Source: Phormidesmis sp. (GTDB taxonomy: Bacteria; Cyanobacteriota; Cyanobacteriia; Leptolyngbyales; Leptolyngbyaceae). Taken from it: a stretch of 64,000 nucleotides of DNA. Below are positions 41,647-52,905 of this stretch, piece by piece. The first letter of the stretch is position 1; every line of letters starts with the position of its first letter. The position numbers were made by a program, and so were the translations under genes. Below the pieces are notes generated by a model. That model had not been told where the DNA came from and made no database searches. It was given only the letters and a program-made list of their open reading frames with translations. The stretch lies in NCBI GenBank assembly GCA_965248535.1, contig CBDFJR010000005.1, positions 1,056,001 through 1,120,000 of the forward strand, read 5' to 3'.

Positions 41647-42525
41647 ATGAAAATCAGAGAATGGCTGCTTCTCATCGTTTTGTCGGTCTTGTGGGGTGGC
41701 TCTTTCTTCTTGATTAAAGTCGCACTGCTGGATTTGTCGCCTCTGACGATCGTGCTGGGTCGAGTCGGTTTGGCGGCGATCGTGCTCACAGCATTTGTCT
41801 ATTTAAGTGGACAGAAACTGCCAGCCTCGCCAAAGTTATGGCGTTCTTTCTTTGTCATGGGCGCATTAAACACCCTAATTCCTTTCAGCCTGATCGTCTG
41901 GGGAGAAACTCAGATTAGCAGTGGTCTTGCTTCGGTGCTCAATGCAACTACTCCTGTGTTTACCGTTTTGTTAGTTCATTTGTTCACTCGTGAAGATTCT
42001 CTGACATTTAACCGCACGATCGGGGTAGTTTTTAGCTTTTGCGGAGTCGTGGTGTTGGTTGGCGCAGATGTGTTGAGCGGAATGCAACTGCAAAGTTTAG
42101 GACAGCTTGCAGTCATGGGTGCCACTTTTTGTTATGCGTGTGCTTCAATTTATGGTCATCGGTTCAGAGATCTTTCTGCTGTCGTTGCTGCTGCCGGAAT
42201 CTTGTGTGCCACCACAGTGATGTCATTACCACTTACGTTTGTATTAGAAAAACCGTGGGACTTAAATCCTAGTGCCGCTACTTGGGGTGCTTTATTTGGA
42301 TTGGGAATTTTTAACACCGCCATTGCCTACTTAATCTATTTTCATCTTCTTGCGGTTGTAGGTGCCACTAACACTTCATTGGTTACATTTTTAATTCCGA
42401 TTAGTGCGCTATTTCTTAGCGTGTTTATTCTCCATGAGCCACTGCATTGGAACACTTATGTAGGAATGGTATTAATCTTTGCAGGTTTAGCCGCGATCGA
42501 CGGACGATTGCTCAAACCATCATGA
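41647..42525 (+). CDS. EamA/DMT family transporter
   Basis: LWGGSF; about 10 hydrophobic segments in two repeats. Confidence 0.92.
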   Translation: MKIREWLLLIVLSVLWGGSFFLIKVALLDLSPLTIVLGRVGLAAIVLTAFVYLSGQKLPASPKLWRSFFVMGALNTLIPFSLIVWGETQISSGLASVLNATTPVFTVLLVHLFTREDSLTFNRTIGVVFSFCGVVVLVGADVLSGMQLQSLGQLAVMGATFCYACASIYGHRFRDLSAVVAAAGILCATTVMSLPLTFVLEKPWDLNPSAATWGALFGLGIFNTAIAYLIYFHLLAVVGATNTSLVTFLIPISALFLSVFILHEPLHWNTYVGMVLIFAGLAAIDGRLLKPS

Positions 42526-43583
42526 CTCAACTGACGGAGGAAACCTTTTGGCAAGCGGTGCTTAATCGAGATCCCAGCTTTGACGGAAAAATCTTTTACG
42601 GCGTACACTCCACGAAGATTTATTGCCGCCCAACGTGCCCCAGTCGCAGACCTAACAGAAGTCAGGTTTCATTTTATCGATCGCCCCAAGCCGCAGAAGC
42701 AGACAATTTTCGTCCCTGTAAGCGGTGTCATCCACAAGCTGCGATCGCTCCAAATTCCACAACCGATAAAGTCATTGCAGCTTGCCGTTATGTCGAAGCC
42801 CAATCTGACCATATTCCCACTCTCGCCGAGTTAAGCGATCGCGTTGAAATGAGTCTGAGTTATCTGCAACGAGTCTTTAAGAAAATAACGGGCGTGACTC
42901 CTTTTGAGTATGCCAATGCTCATCGCATTCAACATCTAAAACAGCATCTTCATCAAGGAGAGTCGGTCACTCATGCCCTCTATGAAGTGGGATATGGATC
43001 GAGTAGCCGCCTCTATGAAACTTCATTGGAGAATCTTGGAATGACTCCCGCCTCTTATAAGCAACACGGTAAAGGAGAAGAAATTCGCTATGCGATCGTC
43101 GATTCTCCCCTCGACTTTCTTCTAATTGCCGCCACCGATCGGGGCTTATGCAGCGTTCAACTTGGAGACTCGATCGCAGACCTCGAAACCCAACTTCGCC
43201 ATGAATTTCGTCACGCTTCAATTCGGCAAACCGACGAACTTCAGGATTGGATGCAAGCGATTGTTAACTACCTGAGCGGCAACTTGCCCTTGCCAGATCT
43301 GCCCTGTGATGTCAGAGCGACTGCTTTTCAGGTTCAGGTTTGGGAGGCGTTGAAAAAGATCCCGATCGGAACCACCGTTCACTACAGCGATATTGCGGCA
43401 ACGATCGGGCAGCCCACTTCAGTTCGGGCGGTGGCTCGTGCGTGTGCAACTAACCCGATCGCGCTTCTAGTTCCCTGCCATCGCGTGATCCCTAAATCAG
43501 GTGGTTTGGGCGGCTATCGCTGGGGAGTGAGTCGCAAACAAAGACTGCTCGACTTAGAGAAATACACGATCGATCTATCGTAG
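42522..43583 (+). CDS. ada: Ada: DNA-binding regulator / O6-methylguanine-DNA methyltransferase
   Basis: YCRPTC and FRPCKRC Zn site, AraC HTH, PCHRV; ATGA overlap with the DMT gene. Confidence 0.95.
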   Translation: MTQLTEETFWQAVLNRDPSFDGKIFYGVHSTKIYCRPTCPSRRPNRSQVSFYRSPQAAEADNFRPCKRCHPQAAIAPNSTTDKVIAACRYVEAQSDHIPTLAELSDRVEMSLSYLQRVFKKITGVTPFEYANAHRIQHLKQHLHQGESVTHALYEVGYGSSSRLYETSLENLGMTPASYKQHGKGEEIRYAIVDSPLDFLLIAATDRGLCSVQLGDSIADLETQLRHEFRHASIRQTDELQDWMQAIVNYLSGNLPLPDLPCDVRATAFQVQVWEALKKIPIGTTVHYSDIAATIGQPTSVRAVARACATNPIALLVPCHRVIPKSGGLGGYRWGVSRKQRLLDLEKYTIDLS

Positions 43584-43757
43584 GGATAGAACTTTTTAAT
43601 CAGTGAAGCTCTCAGTCAACAGGTAGAATGATTGCTAGAAACTTAACACTTGTGTCGTGACGCATCTTCAAGGTTGCTTTGAAGGGTGACGTTACCAAAG
43701 GTAAAAATCCTATTTTTGTTCTAGCCAGCATAAAACCTAGAGACGGACTGCAAATCT

Positions 43758-44234
43758 ATGGCACTGATCACAACAGGCGGGCAACTGATTCGAGACTTGG
43801 AAAAATTTGGGGCACTGGGTGCCTACGTGCCGCTAGAAGGCGGATTTGAAGGCCGCTATCGGCGGCGAATTCGAGCAGCGGGCTACACCTCTCTAAGCAT
43901 TACTGCACGGGGGCTAGGGGATGTCGCCATGTATCTGACAGGCGTTCATGGCGTTCGGCCGCCTCACTTGGGCAAAAAAAGTTCTGGGTCTGGGGCAGCG
44001 GTGGGTTACACCTATTTTATTCCCCCGATCGTCAACACTCAGATCGAAAATCTGCCGCCCAAATCAAAAGGCTTGCTGCTGTGGATTATTGAAGGACACA
44101 TTCTTTCTAGTCAAGAATTAGAGTTTCTAGCAAACTTGCCTGCTTTAGAACCGCGCTTAAAAATCGTGATCGAGCTAGGAGGAGAACGCTACTTTAAGTG
44201 GACTCCCCTTAAAGAGGCGATCGCCGCTGCTTAA
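43758..44234 (+). CDS. ndhN: NAD(P)H-quinone oxidoreductase subunit N
   Basis: PLEGGFEGRYRRR..HGVRPPHLGK. Confidence 0.96.
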   Translation: MALITTGGQLIRDLEKFGALGAYVPLEGGFEGRYRRRIRAAGYTSLSITARGLGDVAMYLTGVHGVRPPHLGKKSSGSGAAVGYTYFIPPIVNTQIENLPPKSKGLLLWIIEGHILSSQELEFLANLPALEPRLKIVIELGGERYFKWTPLKEAIAAA

Positions 44235-44352
44235 CGTCAAGTCCTTTCTCACCGATCCCATCTTCACCGCTACAAGGGTGGGATCAGTTGCTGGTATGAA
44301 AATTTGTCCCCTCCGGCTCGTAATTTTCTGGCTGGCGCACTAGCATAGAGAG

Positions 44353-45516
44353 GTGACTGATCTCTTAAACCCTCTACACTCTCTCCAGGAAGGCCATTGG
44401 TTCAAGCTCATTTGTGGAGCGAGTTCCCATCATCTTCCTGCCATTCGCAGCCTGACGATCGCCTACGCGATCGCTGGGGCAGACTGCATTGATGTTGCTG
44501 CCGACCCCACAATCATCTCAACGGCGCGTGAAGCTTTGACGGTGGCAACAAGTCTGGCCGAAGCATCGCAGACAAGGGGGTTTGCCGCTAAAAACTCGCC
44601 TTGGCTTATGGTGAGCCTCAACGATGGAGAAGATCCCCATTTTAGGAAGGCTGAGTTTAACCCAGACCATTGCCCGATCGAGTGTTTACGGCCCTGCGAA
44701 TCGATCTGTCCGGCTGACGCGATCGTGTTCGATCACCCCAATCACCTTTCTGGCGTGATTGATACGCGCTGCTATGGGTGCGGGCGCTGCTTACCGATTT
44801 GCCCCATCCAACACATCTCGACGCGATCTTACGTTTACACGCCCGAAATAATTGCTCCGCTAATTTTGCAAGCGGGAATAGACGCGATCGAGATTCACAC
44901 CCAACCCGGACGGTTAGCCGACTTTAAGAGATTGTGGAACGCGATCGCGCCCCAAGTTCATCACCTCAAGCTGATCGCTATTAGCTGCCCTGATGGAGCA
45001 GACTTGATTGATTATTTGTGGGCCCTCTACGAGACGATCGCGCCGCTGCCCTGCGCGTTGATTTGGCAAACTGATGGTCGCCCAATGAGTGGCGATATTG
45101 GCGATGGAGCCACCCGCGCCTGCGTCAAGTTAGGGCAAAAAGTGCTCACCGCAGCACTACCTGGGTTTGTGCAGCTAGCCGGAGGAACCAATCGCCACAC
45201 CGTCCCTAAGCTCAAGAATTTAGGGTTGCTAAAGAATAAAAGTAGTACAATAGTATCAAGTTCAGTTTCAGGGATCGCTTATGGGAGCTATGCCCGAAGT
45301 TTGCTTTCGCCATTGCTCAATCGACTAGACGCGATCGAGCTTAACCGTCAAAGCCTGACCTCAACGATGTATCACAATCCGACTCCATCCCATGCAAAAA
45401 CCTTTCTTACCTCCGTCCCAAACCGTCTTGAATCGAATCCTGCGCTTTTATGGGAAGCCGTCGAGCTAGCTCATCAGCTAGTCTCACAGCTAAAAAACTC
45501 TGTCAGCAAAAATTAG
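44353..45516 (+). CDS. ldpA: Circadian input Fe-S protein LdpA
   Basis: [17 protein letters not shown], two 4Fe-4S motifs, [17 protein letters not shown]. Confidence 0.93.
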   Translation: MTDLLNPLHSLQEGHWFKLICGASSHHLPAIRSLTIAYAIAGADCIDVAADPTIISTAREALTVATSLAEASQTRGFAAKNSPWLMVSLNDGEDPHFRKAEFNPDHCPIECLRPCESICPADAIVFDHPNHLSGVIDTRCYGCGRCLPICPIQHISTRSYVYTPEIIAPLILQAGIDAIEIHTQPGRLADFKRLWNAIAPQVHHLKLIAISCPDGADLIDYLWALYETIAPLPCALIWQTDGRPMSGDIGDGATRACVKLGQKVLTAALPGFVQLAGGTNRHTVPKLKNLGLLKNKSSTIVSSSVSGIAYGSYARSLLSPLLNRLDAIELNRQSLTSTMYHNPTPSHAKTFLTSVPNRLESNPALLWEAVELAHQLVSQLKNSVSKN

Positions 45517-45631
45517 GAATTTAATAAACATTTTAGGTGATTTAGAACACATCTACTCATGTCAAAAACTCTCTACGCTAGCTGACAGGCTGATCCCATT
45601 CTCGATTTCTAAAGCTGTTTCACAAGTTGTC

Positions 45632-47575
45632 ATGGTGAATCGTAGCGATATTAACTTTTCTGACCCCGCGATCGACGCTGAATCTGCTCCCCTTTTAGCG
45701 TCTCTAAGCTCGTCTCAACTAAACCTCCTCCCTGCTGATGCTGCTCAAAGCCCTGTTGTAACGACTATGCAAAACACGGACGATCTCGACAAACTTTTAG
45801 GCATTTTGCCCGACGCGATCCGGGTGCATTTAGAAAACCATCCTCAGCTTGATAGCCTTGTCGAAGTTGTCATGGATCTAGGACGACGACCCGAAGCCCG
45901 GTTTCCTGGCAAAGCGGAATATCTGGCTGAAACGCCCATCACTCAAGCCGATTTAGATGACAGCATCACTAGGGTCGGCGACTTTGGAGGAGACAATCGG
46001 GCCGGAATCGAGCGCACCCTGCACCGCATTAGCGCTATTCGCAACCGTCGGGGAGACGTGATTGGGTTAACCTGCCGGGTCGGACGGGCGATTTTTGGCA
46101 CGATCGGAATGATTCGTGATTTAGTCGAAAGCGGTCGATCAATTTTGATGCTCGGTCGCCCCGGAGTCGGCAAAACCACCGCCCTGCGAGAAATTGCCCG
46201 CGTGTTGGCAGACGAGTTAGATAAGCGAGTTGTGATTATCGACACATCCAACGAAATTGCAGGTGATGGAGATGTGCCCCACCCAGCGATCGGGCGCGCC
46301 CGCCGAATGCAAGTTTCTCGCCCTGAGCTTCAGCACCAAGTGATGATCGAGGCGGTTGAAAACCACATGCCCGAAGTGATCGTGATTGACGAGATTGGCA
46401 CCGAGCTAGAAGCGCTGGCGGCCCGCACGATCGCCGAGCGAGGCGTGCAACTCGTTGGCACGGCCCACGGAAATCAGCTAGAAAACCTGATTAAAAATCC
46501 GACGCTCTCTGATCTGGTCGGCGGCATTCAGTCTGTGACTCTAGGAGATGAAGAAGCGAGACGACGGGGCAGCCAAAAGAGTGTGTTAGAACGCAAAGCG
46601 CCGCCCACTTTTGATATTGCGGTCGAGATGACAGAGCGGCAAAAGTGGGTCGTGCATGAACAGGTCGCTGACACGATCGATATGCTGCTGCGGGGCAGAA
46701 AGCCCAATCCTGAAGTTAGAAGCGTTAACGAGGCTGGAGACGTGACGGTGACTCACGAGTTGTCAAGCAGCCCAGAAGCCTTGCAAACAGGAGGGCGAAC
46801 GCGATCGAATGGGGTTCGTCACAATCCCCTATCTCTCGCACCTACCCCGGCTCAGGAAGGATTTTTTACGCCGCCCCCTCAAGGTCGCGGGTGGAGATCG
46901 TCGGGCAAAATCAAGCCACCGCCCACCGCCCCGCTTTCCCCCGAACAGCAGACCTTTGAGCAGATGTTGGATGTGTCGCTAAACCGAGCGTTTGACGCAA
47001 GAGATGAAGGGCTGCGGCTGACTCAAGAGTCTGAGAATGGGGAATATATCCCCGGCCCCAATGGCGAAGATCTGCCTCTGCACATCTATCCTTATGGGGT
47101 GAGTCGCCACCAGTTAGATCAGGTCGTCCGCACGCTAAATTTGCCGATCGTGTTGACCAAAGACATTGATCACGCAGACGCGGTTTTGGCGCTGCGATCG
47201 CACGTCAAAAATCATTCTAAACTGCGCCACTTAGCAAAATCTCGCCAGATCCCCATTCACACCCTCAAGGCTAGCAGTGTGCCGCAAATTGCTCATTCTC
47301 TGCGGCGCTTGCTAAATATGGATGATCCCGCTATGCCCGATGCAGCAGAGTTAGACCTGTTTGTGCGCGGAGATAGCGAAGACGAAATCGAGGCTCTCGA
47401 AGAAGCCAGACTTGCCGTAGAGCAGATTGTCATTCCCAAAGGGCAGCCTGTTGAGCTTTTGCCCCGTTCTGCACTGGTTCGCAAAATGCAGCATGAGTTG
47501 GTAGAGCACTATCGTTTACAGTCCCGCAGTTTTGGAGACGAGCCAAACCGCAGACTGCGGATCTACCCAGCCTGA
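45632..47575 (+). CDS. ycf45: Ycf45/SpoIIIAA-like AAA ATPase with R3H domain
   Basis: [19 protein letters not shown]-terminal RKMQH. Confidence 0.9.
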   Translation: MVNRSDINFSDPAIDAESAPLLASLSSSQLNLLPADAAQSPVVTTMQNTDDLDKLLGILPDAIRVHLENHPQLDSLVEVVMDLGRRPEARFPGKAEYLAETPITQADLDDSITRVGDFGGDNRAGIERTLHRISAIRNRRGDVIGLTCRVGRAIFGTIGMIRDLVESGRSILMLGRPGVGKTTALREIARVLADELDKRVVIIDTSNEIAGDGDVPHPAIGRARRMQVSRPELQHQVMIEAVENHMPEVIVIDEIGTELEALAARTIAERGVQLVGTAHGNQLENLIKNPTLSDLVGGIQSVTLGDEEARRRGSQKSVLERKAPPTFDIAVEMTERQKWVVHEQVADTIDMLLRGRKPNPEVRSVNEAGDVTVTHELSSSPEALQTGGRTRSNGVRHNPLSLAPTPAQEGFFTPPPQGRGWRSSGKIKPPPTAPLSPEQQTFEQMLDVSLNRAFDARDEGLRLTQESENGEYIPGPNGEDLPLHIYPYGVSRHQLDQVVRTLNLPIVLTKDIDHADAVLALRSHVKNHSKLRHLAKSRQIPIHTLKASSVPQIAHSLRRLLNMDDPAMPDAAELDLFVRGDSEDEIEALEEARLAVEQIVIPKGQPVELLPRSALVRKMQHELVEHYRLQSRSFGDEPNRRLRIYPA

Positions 47576-47666
47576 CCTAGAGGTTTGAGGTTTGAATTTA
47601 GGCAAGTCACTGCTAGACTCAAAACGCTCATAGATTGCTGTTCATCTCCTCAAAACGCTCTTTGCC

Positions 47667-48800
47667 ATGCTTGAGTTCATTCGCTCAGATCTCGCCCAGC
47701 TTGCGGCTTACAACACTCAACACACCGACAATTCTCAAGAGCTTACGTCTTTAGAAAGTCGGGTTGATCGAGTCGATGTCAACGAAAGTCCCTATGACTT
47801 GCCGGATGAACTCAAGCAAAAACTTAGCTGGACTTATCAGCAAACGATCGAGAATAATCGCTATCCCGATGGGGGTTATGAAGAATTAAAACGGGCGATC
47901 GCTGACTACGTGAATGAGTCGGCTACCACTACTACCTTCACCGCCGCCAACCTCTCGATCGGCAATGGCTCTGATGAGTTGATCCGTTCGCTGCTGATTG
48001 CGACCTGCATTGGGGGACATGGCTCGATTCTGGTCGCTGATCCGACATTTTCAATGTATGGCATTCTGGCCAAGACGCTAGGAGTTTCGGTGGTGACGAT
48101 CGGGCGATCGCCAACCAACTTTGAGATGGATTTGACGGCGGCTCAAGCGGCGATCGCTCAGACTCATACCCCTCCCATTCGTGCCGTTTTTGTCGTCCAC
48201 CCCAATTCACCGACCGGAAACGCACTCACTGAGCCGGAGCTAGACTGGCTGCGAAACCTGCCTCAAACGATTTTGGTAGTGATCGATGAGGCCTATTTTG
48301 AGTTCAGTCAGACGACCGTAGCAACTGGCCTTGCTCACCATCCAAACTGGGTGATTTTGCGAACCTTCTCGAAAGCATTGCGGCTGGCCGCTCATCGAGT
48401 TGGCTACGCGATCGCGCATCCTGAGTTAATCAGCGCCTTAGAAAAAGTTCGCCTGCCCTATAATCTTCCGAGCTTCACCCAGGCATCGGCGCTGGTGGCG
48501 ATCGCCCATCGTCATGAGCTACTGTCTGCCATCCCGCTAATGCTAACCGAGCGAAATCGGCTGATTCTAGCCCTATCGCAGCATTCGGAATTTCAGGTTT
48601 GGCAGAGTGCTGCTAATTTCGTCTACTTGCGCCTCAAAGTCCCTGATGCCAGTCCGAGGCTGGCTGCAATCTGTCAAGCCCTGAAAGCGCAAGGCACTTT
48701 AATTCGACACACGGGAAGTGGGCTGCGAATCTCGATCGGCACCCCCGACGAAAACCAACGCACTCTCGAACGATTTAGACAGGTAGTAGACGAAGGCTAG
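47667..48800 (+). CDS. hisC: Histidinol-phosphate aminotransferase
   Basis: NESP, NRYP, GNGSDE, DEAY, RTFSKA. Confidence 0.93.
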   Translation: MLEFIRSDLAQLAAYNTQHTDNSQELTSLESRVDRVDVNESPYDLPDELKQKLSWTYQQTIENNRYPDGGYEELKRAIADYVNESATTTTFTAANLSIGNGSDELIRSLLIATCIGGHGSILVADPTFSMYGILAKTLGVSVVTIGRSPTNFEMDLTAAQAAIAQTHTPPIRAVFVVHPNSPTGNALTEPELDWLRNLPQTILVVIDEAYFEFSQTTVATGLAHHPNWVILRTFSKALRLAAHRVGYAIAHPELISALEKVRLPYNLPSFTQASALVAIAHRHELLSAIPLMLTERNRLILALSQHSEFQVWQSAANFVYLRLKVPDASPRLAAICQALKAQGTLIRHTGSGLRISIGTPDENQRTLERFRQVVDEG

Positions 48801-49291
48801 TTTCTAGGGGCAATATCTAACCCCCCGGCACCCCGACGCGCCATTTGAATCGTGTGAGGCAAAACTCCGACTAGCAACGCAAACGCATCATCGGGCAACT
48901 GGGCGATCGTTTCGGCTCCAAAATAATTTTCAAACTGATTCAGAATCAACTGAGCGCGCTGCAACGGTGCAGGGTTGTCGGTAAATTGTTGAGTCAGCCT
49001 GATCCACTGCCTCCTAATTAAATAAGCTTTTTGTCTTTCTTCATGATCCGCCGGGTGGATCAAAGAAGAGAGATCACCCACGGGCAAGATGCTTTCACAA
49101 TTCAGGTCAAAAAAGCTGCCTACAGCAGCCCCTGGCCCCGCAAACTCTGCATGGAATTGCTTATAGATGATTAACCCGTTGCGCTTGCGACTGTTGACAA
49201 CCAGCAACTTTCCATCGTTTAGCTGAGTCAAAATCTCCTGCACGCTCGCAGACTCGACAGCGCCTTGATGATTCAGGCTCTCGTTTTTCAT
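48797..49291 (-). CDS. Conserved cyanobacterial hypothetical protein (possibly Crp-like C-terminus)
   Basis: [15 protein letters not shown]-like tail [17 protein letters not shown]. Confidence 0.7.
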   Translation of the reverse strand: MKNESLNHQGAVESASVQEILTQLNDGKLLVVNSRKRNGLIIYKQFHAEFAGPGAAVGSFFDLNCESILPVGDLSSLIHPADHEERQKAYLIRRQWIRLTQQFTDNPAPLQRAQLILNQFENYFGAETIAQLPDDAFALLVGVLPHTIQMARRGAGGLDIAPRN

Positions 49292-49682
49292 ACCGTCGAA
49301 GCCTTGAAAGCTGGGAACACGGCTATGGCAGATGAATCAGCAGTTTAAAGGTTGAAGTCAAGGGATCACTACCCGCAGCCAAATCTAATCACAGAGACTG
49401 ACGTTTTGGCTGTAACCGAAAGATCTAAACATGACGATCTTTATAACTACCAATAACCAACCTTGCCACTATATTCTATGGCAACCCGTTGCGATCAGGA
49501 GAATTCCCTGATGACTTTGAAGTCGCTATGAAGACAACCTCAAAATCTTAGAAATCTCCTAACTCAATCTTGATAAAAATTAATATAAAGCCGTTTTATA
49601 GGAGTCAAATTGCTCAGAAACTCAATCGAAATGATAAGCTCAATAGCCTAAGGCGATTCTAGCGAAGTCAACCCAGTGAGCC

Positions 49683-49910
49683 ATGAGTAACAAGCCGATC
49701 GCAGCCAGCTTTGATGAGAGCGCCCAGTCTGGGTTAACGCCTCCACCCCGTGAACCCTATCGATCGAGCCTGTCAGAAGACCTTGGGCAAGGATGGGCTT
49801 TTGTGCAGTTTGTTTGGCGCATTTCAAAGCGAATTAGAGGTGGCAAAAACCGCCTTCGCTTCATCATTGGGCTGATTTTTTGGAAACCTTTTTTGCCCGA
49901 CGATCGCTAG
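49683..49910 (+). CDS. Small hypothetical protein
   Basis: 75-aa ATG ORF in an otherwise empty intergenic space. Confidence 0.45.
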   Translation: MSNKPIAASFDESAQSGLTPPPREPYRSSLSEDLGQGWAFVQFVWRISKRIRGGKNRLRFIIGLIFWKPFLPDDR

Positions 49911-49930
49911 ACTGATTCCAAGGGTTTAAC

Positions 49931-51299
49931 AGAGTCGGCAGGAATTCCCCCACCTCTTGTAATGGAGCAACAGCGAAGCAACTTGCGTCATGGAAAAGGT
50001 GGAGGATGAAAGACTTATCAATGCTTCTTACTACTATTGTTAGTTGGTAGTAAAGTAGAGAAATGAAACACGCGGTCAAGATACGAATTTATCCAACTGA
50101 CGAGCAGAAAGAAGCGCTTTCAAAGGCGTTTGGTTGTGCTCGTTGGTTTTGGAATAACTCGTTAGCTGAAACCAATCGGCTCTACAAAGAGACGGGAAAA
50201 GGCTTATCTCAAGTTGGGATGAATAGCCGTCTACCCGCCCTCAAAAAAGAGTTTGAATGGTTAGCAGAACCTTATAGCCAAGTGCTGCAAAGCGTGTCTC
50301 TGAATCTATCAAGAGCGTTTATCAACTTCTTTGACGGGCGGGCTCAATTCCCTAACTTCAAGTCGAAGCATGGTCAGCAATCGATTCAGTATCCTCAAAG
50401 CGTCAAGCTGACGGGTGTTGGGTTGAAACTTCCAAAACTGGGAGTGGTCAAGGCTAAGATTCATCGCGTGTTTGAAGGGGATCTGAAAACTGTAACGGTT
50501 TCGCTGACTCCCTCTGGCAAATATTTTGCATCATTGCTGTTTGATAATGGACTGCCAAAAATTGAGGCATCTGGAGCAGGTAAGGCGGTCGGGATCGATT
50601 TGGGATTGACCCACTTTGCAATCACGTCTGACGGCTCTAAGTTTGATAATCCGAGAGTGTTGAAAAAGCATTCTCGCAACCTTAAACGGAAACAGCAAAA
50701 ACTTTCTCGCAAACAGAAGGGGTCAAGCAACCGTTCAAGCGCACGTCGCATCGTGGCACGGGTTCACGAAAAGATTGCGAACGTGAGAAAAGACTTTCTG
50801 CATAAGCTCTCGCGCAAAATGGTCAACGAAAACCAAGTGATCTGCGTGGAAGACTTAGCAGTCAAGAATATGGTGAAAAATCACAACTTAGCCAAAGCTA
50901 TCAGCGATGCGAGTTGGAGCGAATTTACCAAAATGTTGAGCTATAAAGCAGGACAGGATGGAAAGATTTATCAAGAAGTTGACAGGTTTTTTCCATCCTC
51001 AAAGACCTGCTCAGTCTGCCTCAATCGAGTTGGAAGCCTCGCGTTAGAAATCCGGTCATGGCAGTGTCAGAACTGCGGGACAAAGCATGACCGGGATGTG
51101 AATGCGGCGATCAACATTCGAGATGAAGGTTTGCGTATTTTGGCGTTAGGAACTAGCGCTGCTGCCAATGGAGGGAAGGTAAGTCCGAGGGTTGGACGGC
51201 GTAAGTCATCCGTATCTAAGGCTCTTCCCGTTGAAATTGGAAGCCCCCACTCAGCGACCGAAGCGCGTAGCGCGTAGGAAGTCAGTGGGGGTAGTTCAC
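49931..51299 (+). mobile_element. IS200/IS605-family (IS1341-like) solo tnpB element; left boundary approximate
   Basis: Left hairpin CCACCT...AGGTGG; right hairpin CCCCCACT...AGTGGGGG followed by TAGTTCAC; no tnpA. Confidence 0.85.
50063..51277 (+). CDS. tnpB: RNA-guided endonuclease TnpB
   Basis: HTH N-terminus, GIDLG, VEDL, CxxC..CxxC, DRDVNAA. Confidence 0.96.
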   Translation: MKHAVKIRIYPTDEQKEALSKAFGCARWFWNNSLAETNRLYKETGKGLSQVGMNSRLPALKKEFEWLAEPYSQVLQSVSLNLSRAFINFFDGRAQFPNFKSKHGQQSIQYPQSVKLTGVGLKLPKLGVVKAKIHRVFEGDLKTVTVSLTPSGKYFASLLFDNGLPKIEASGAGKAVGIDLGLTHFAITSDGSKFDNPRVLKKHSRNLKRKQQKLSRKQKGSSNRSSARRIVARVHEKIANVRKDFLHKLSRKMVNENQVICVEDLAVKNMVKNHNLAKAISDASWSEFTKMLSYKAGQDGKIYQEVDRFFPSSKTCSVCLNRVGSLALEIRSWQCQNCGTKHDRDVNAAINIRDEGLRILALGTSAAANGGKVSPRVGRRKSSVSKALPVEIGSPHSATEARSA

Positions 51300-51328
51300 G
51301 CGCCGTGTATTAAGTTTCAGGCAACGTC

Positions 51329-51838
51329 ATGTATTACGACCCGCATCAGTTTGAATTTGTCGATCGACTCGAGTCAAATTGGCTCGTCATCAAAGACGAA
51401 CTCAGTCGCCTGACCGATCAAGATTTTGTTCCCTACCCCGAAAAATATCTACTGCAAAAGAAGACCGGATGGGAGATCTTTGGCATTTATTTTCTAGGGG
51501 TGAAAATCGATATCAACTGTGAACTCTGCCCCGAAACTGCCAAACTGGTCAAAAGCATTCCTGGAATGGTGACAGCAGGCTTTTCTCGGCTAGCGCCAGG
51601 AGCGCATATCGTGCCCCACTCTGGCAAACCCAGCAGCGTGTTGCGGTGTCACTTGGGGCTGTCAGTGCCTGAAAAATGCGCGCTGCGAGTCGCCTCAGAC
51701 ATCAAAGCCTGGGTGAATGGGGAATGTCTCGTGTTTGATGACACCTCTGAGCATGAAGCCTGGAATCTCAGCGATCGCTACCGAGATGTCTTACTGCTCG
51801 ACTTTAAAATCCCGCCTGGTTTTGCTTTAAGGCGCTAA
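51329..51838 (+). CDS. Aspartyl/asparaginyl beta-hydroxylase domain protein
   Basis: FSRLAPGAHIVPH, LRCHLGL, FDDTSEHEAWN. Confidence 0.9.
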   Translation: MYYDPHQFEFVDRLESNWLVIKDELSRLTDQDFVPYPEKYLLQKKTGWEIFGIYFLGVKIDINCELCPETAKLVKSIPGMVTAGFSRLAPGAHIVPHSGKPSSVLRCHLGLSVPEKCALRVASDIKAWVNGECLVFDDTSEHEAWNLSDRYRDVLLLDFKIPPGFALRR

Positions 51839-51844
51839 GGCTAT

Positions 51845-52601
51845 TCACTTCGATATCTCCCAGCCTAAACGGGTCGGCTGTTGATAAATCCGTTTTAACG
51901 TGTTGATGTCTCTGGGCGATATCAGCGGCGGATTGCGAACCTGAGAGAAATATAGGGCATCGGTTTGTAGAGAACTGTGACCCCAGATGCCCAAGGCGTG
52001 GCCGAGTTCATGGCGGGCCGATGCCAGCACATAGGTTTCTGCCTGATTGGGCTGCACGACTATCGAGACAGCGATGCGCCAACACGGGCCGCTCGTTGGG
52101 TAAGGATTTTTGATAAAGCTCATAGCGCGTTTCAGCCGCCCGAACTCGCTGGGGAACGGCCGACTGTCCGGGGATGACTCGGAGCGGTAGGAACGATCGC
52201 CGCACCACAATATCGGCTGCCTCTAGTTGATCGACGACCTGCAAAGGAAGATAGACCCTCCACTCGCTCACCGCTTGCGCCACAGCTTTGATCCAAGCTT
52301 GAGCACGGACAGGGTTTGCTGTTTCTGACTCCTCGATCGGCTGCACATAGACCTTAATCGGAAACGCCGACCACACCAAATAGTTTGGCTGAGTTTTTTG
52401 GACTCGATCGAAATAGTCTCCCTGATGGGCAGGGTCGTGCCATTGGGCTAGCGACGGTGGCAGCGCGTGGGCTTTGAGAGTGGGCAGGGTTTCTTGAGCA
52501 GACAACGAAGCCTGCAAAATCAGCGCCAGAAAAATACACCCAAGCCAGCAAACCATTGCCAGAGGGTGCATTCTACCTCGACATAAATTCCACTTAGCCA
52601 A
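51845..52601 (-). pseudogene. Zn metalloprotease (matrixin-like) split by a frameshift at about 52066-52070
   Basis: N-terminal ORF plus second frame carrying HELGHALGIWGH; joined length is one base out of frame. Confidence 0.8.
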
Positions 52602-52604
52602 TGG

Positions 52605-52838
52605 TTATCGCCCTAGCCAGCCTGCACTGAGCACGATGGTCAGCCCAATAAACAGAATGGTCAGCGTCCAGGTGACCCGGTTAAGAGTTGTCTCAGCACT
52701 TTTGGTGCTTGTAAAGAGTTGAGCTTGCCCCCCTAAGCCGCTCAAGCCATCTCCTTTGGGGCTGTGCAGCAACACGAGCACAATGATCCCCACGGCGCAA
52801 AACATCCAAACCATCTTTAGAATCAAAACCAGCGTCAT
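52605..52838 (-). CDS. secG: Preprotein translocase SecG
   Basis: LVLLHSPKGDG..SAETTLNRVTW. Confidence 0.95.
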   Translation of the reverse strand: MTLVLILKMVWMFCAVGIIVLVLLHSPKGDGLSGLGGQAQLFTSTKSAETTLNRVTWTLTILFIGLTIVLSAGWLGR

Positions 52839-52905
52839 GATGACAAATCCAATTAAAACAAATGAGTGAGTTGACTATGACTGATGCAACTCATGGCTAG
52901 GTTTA

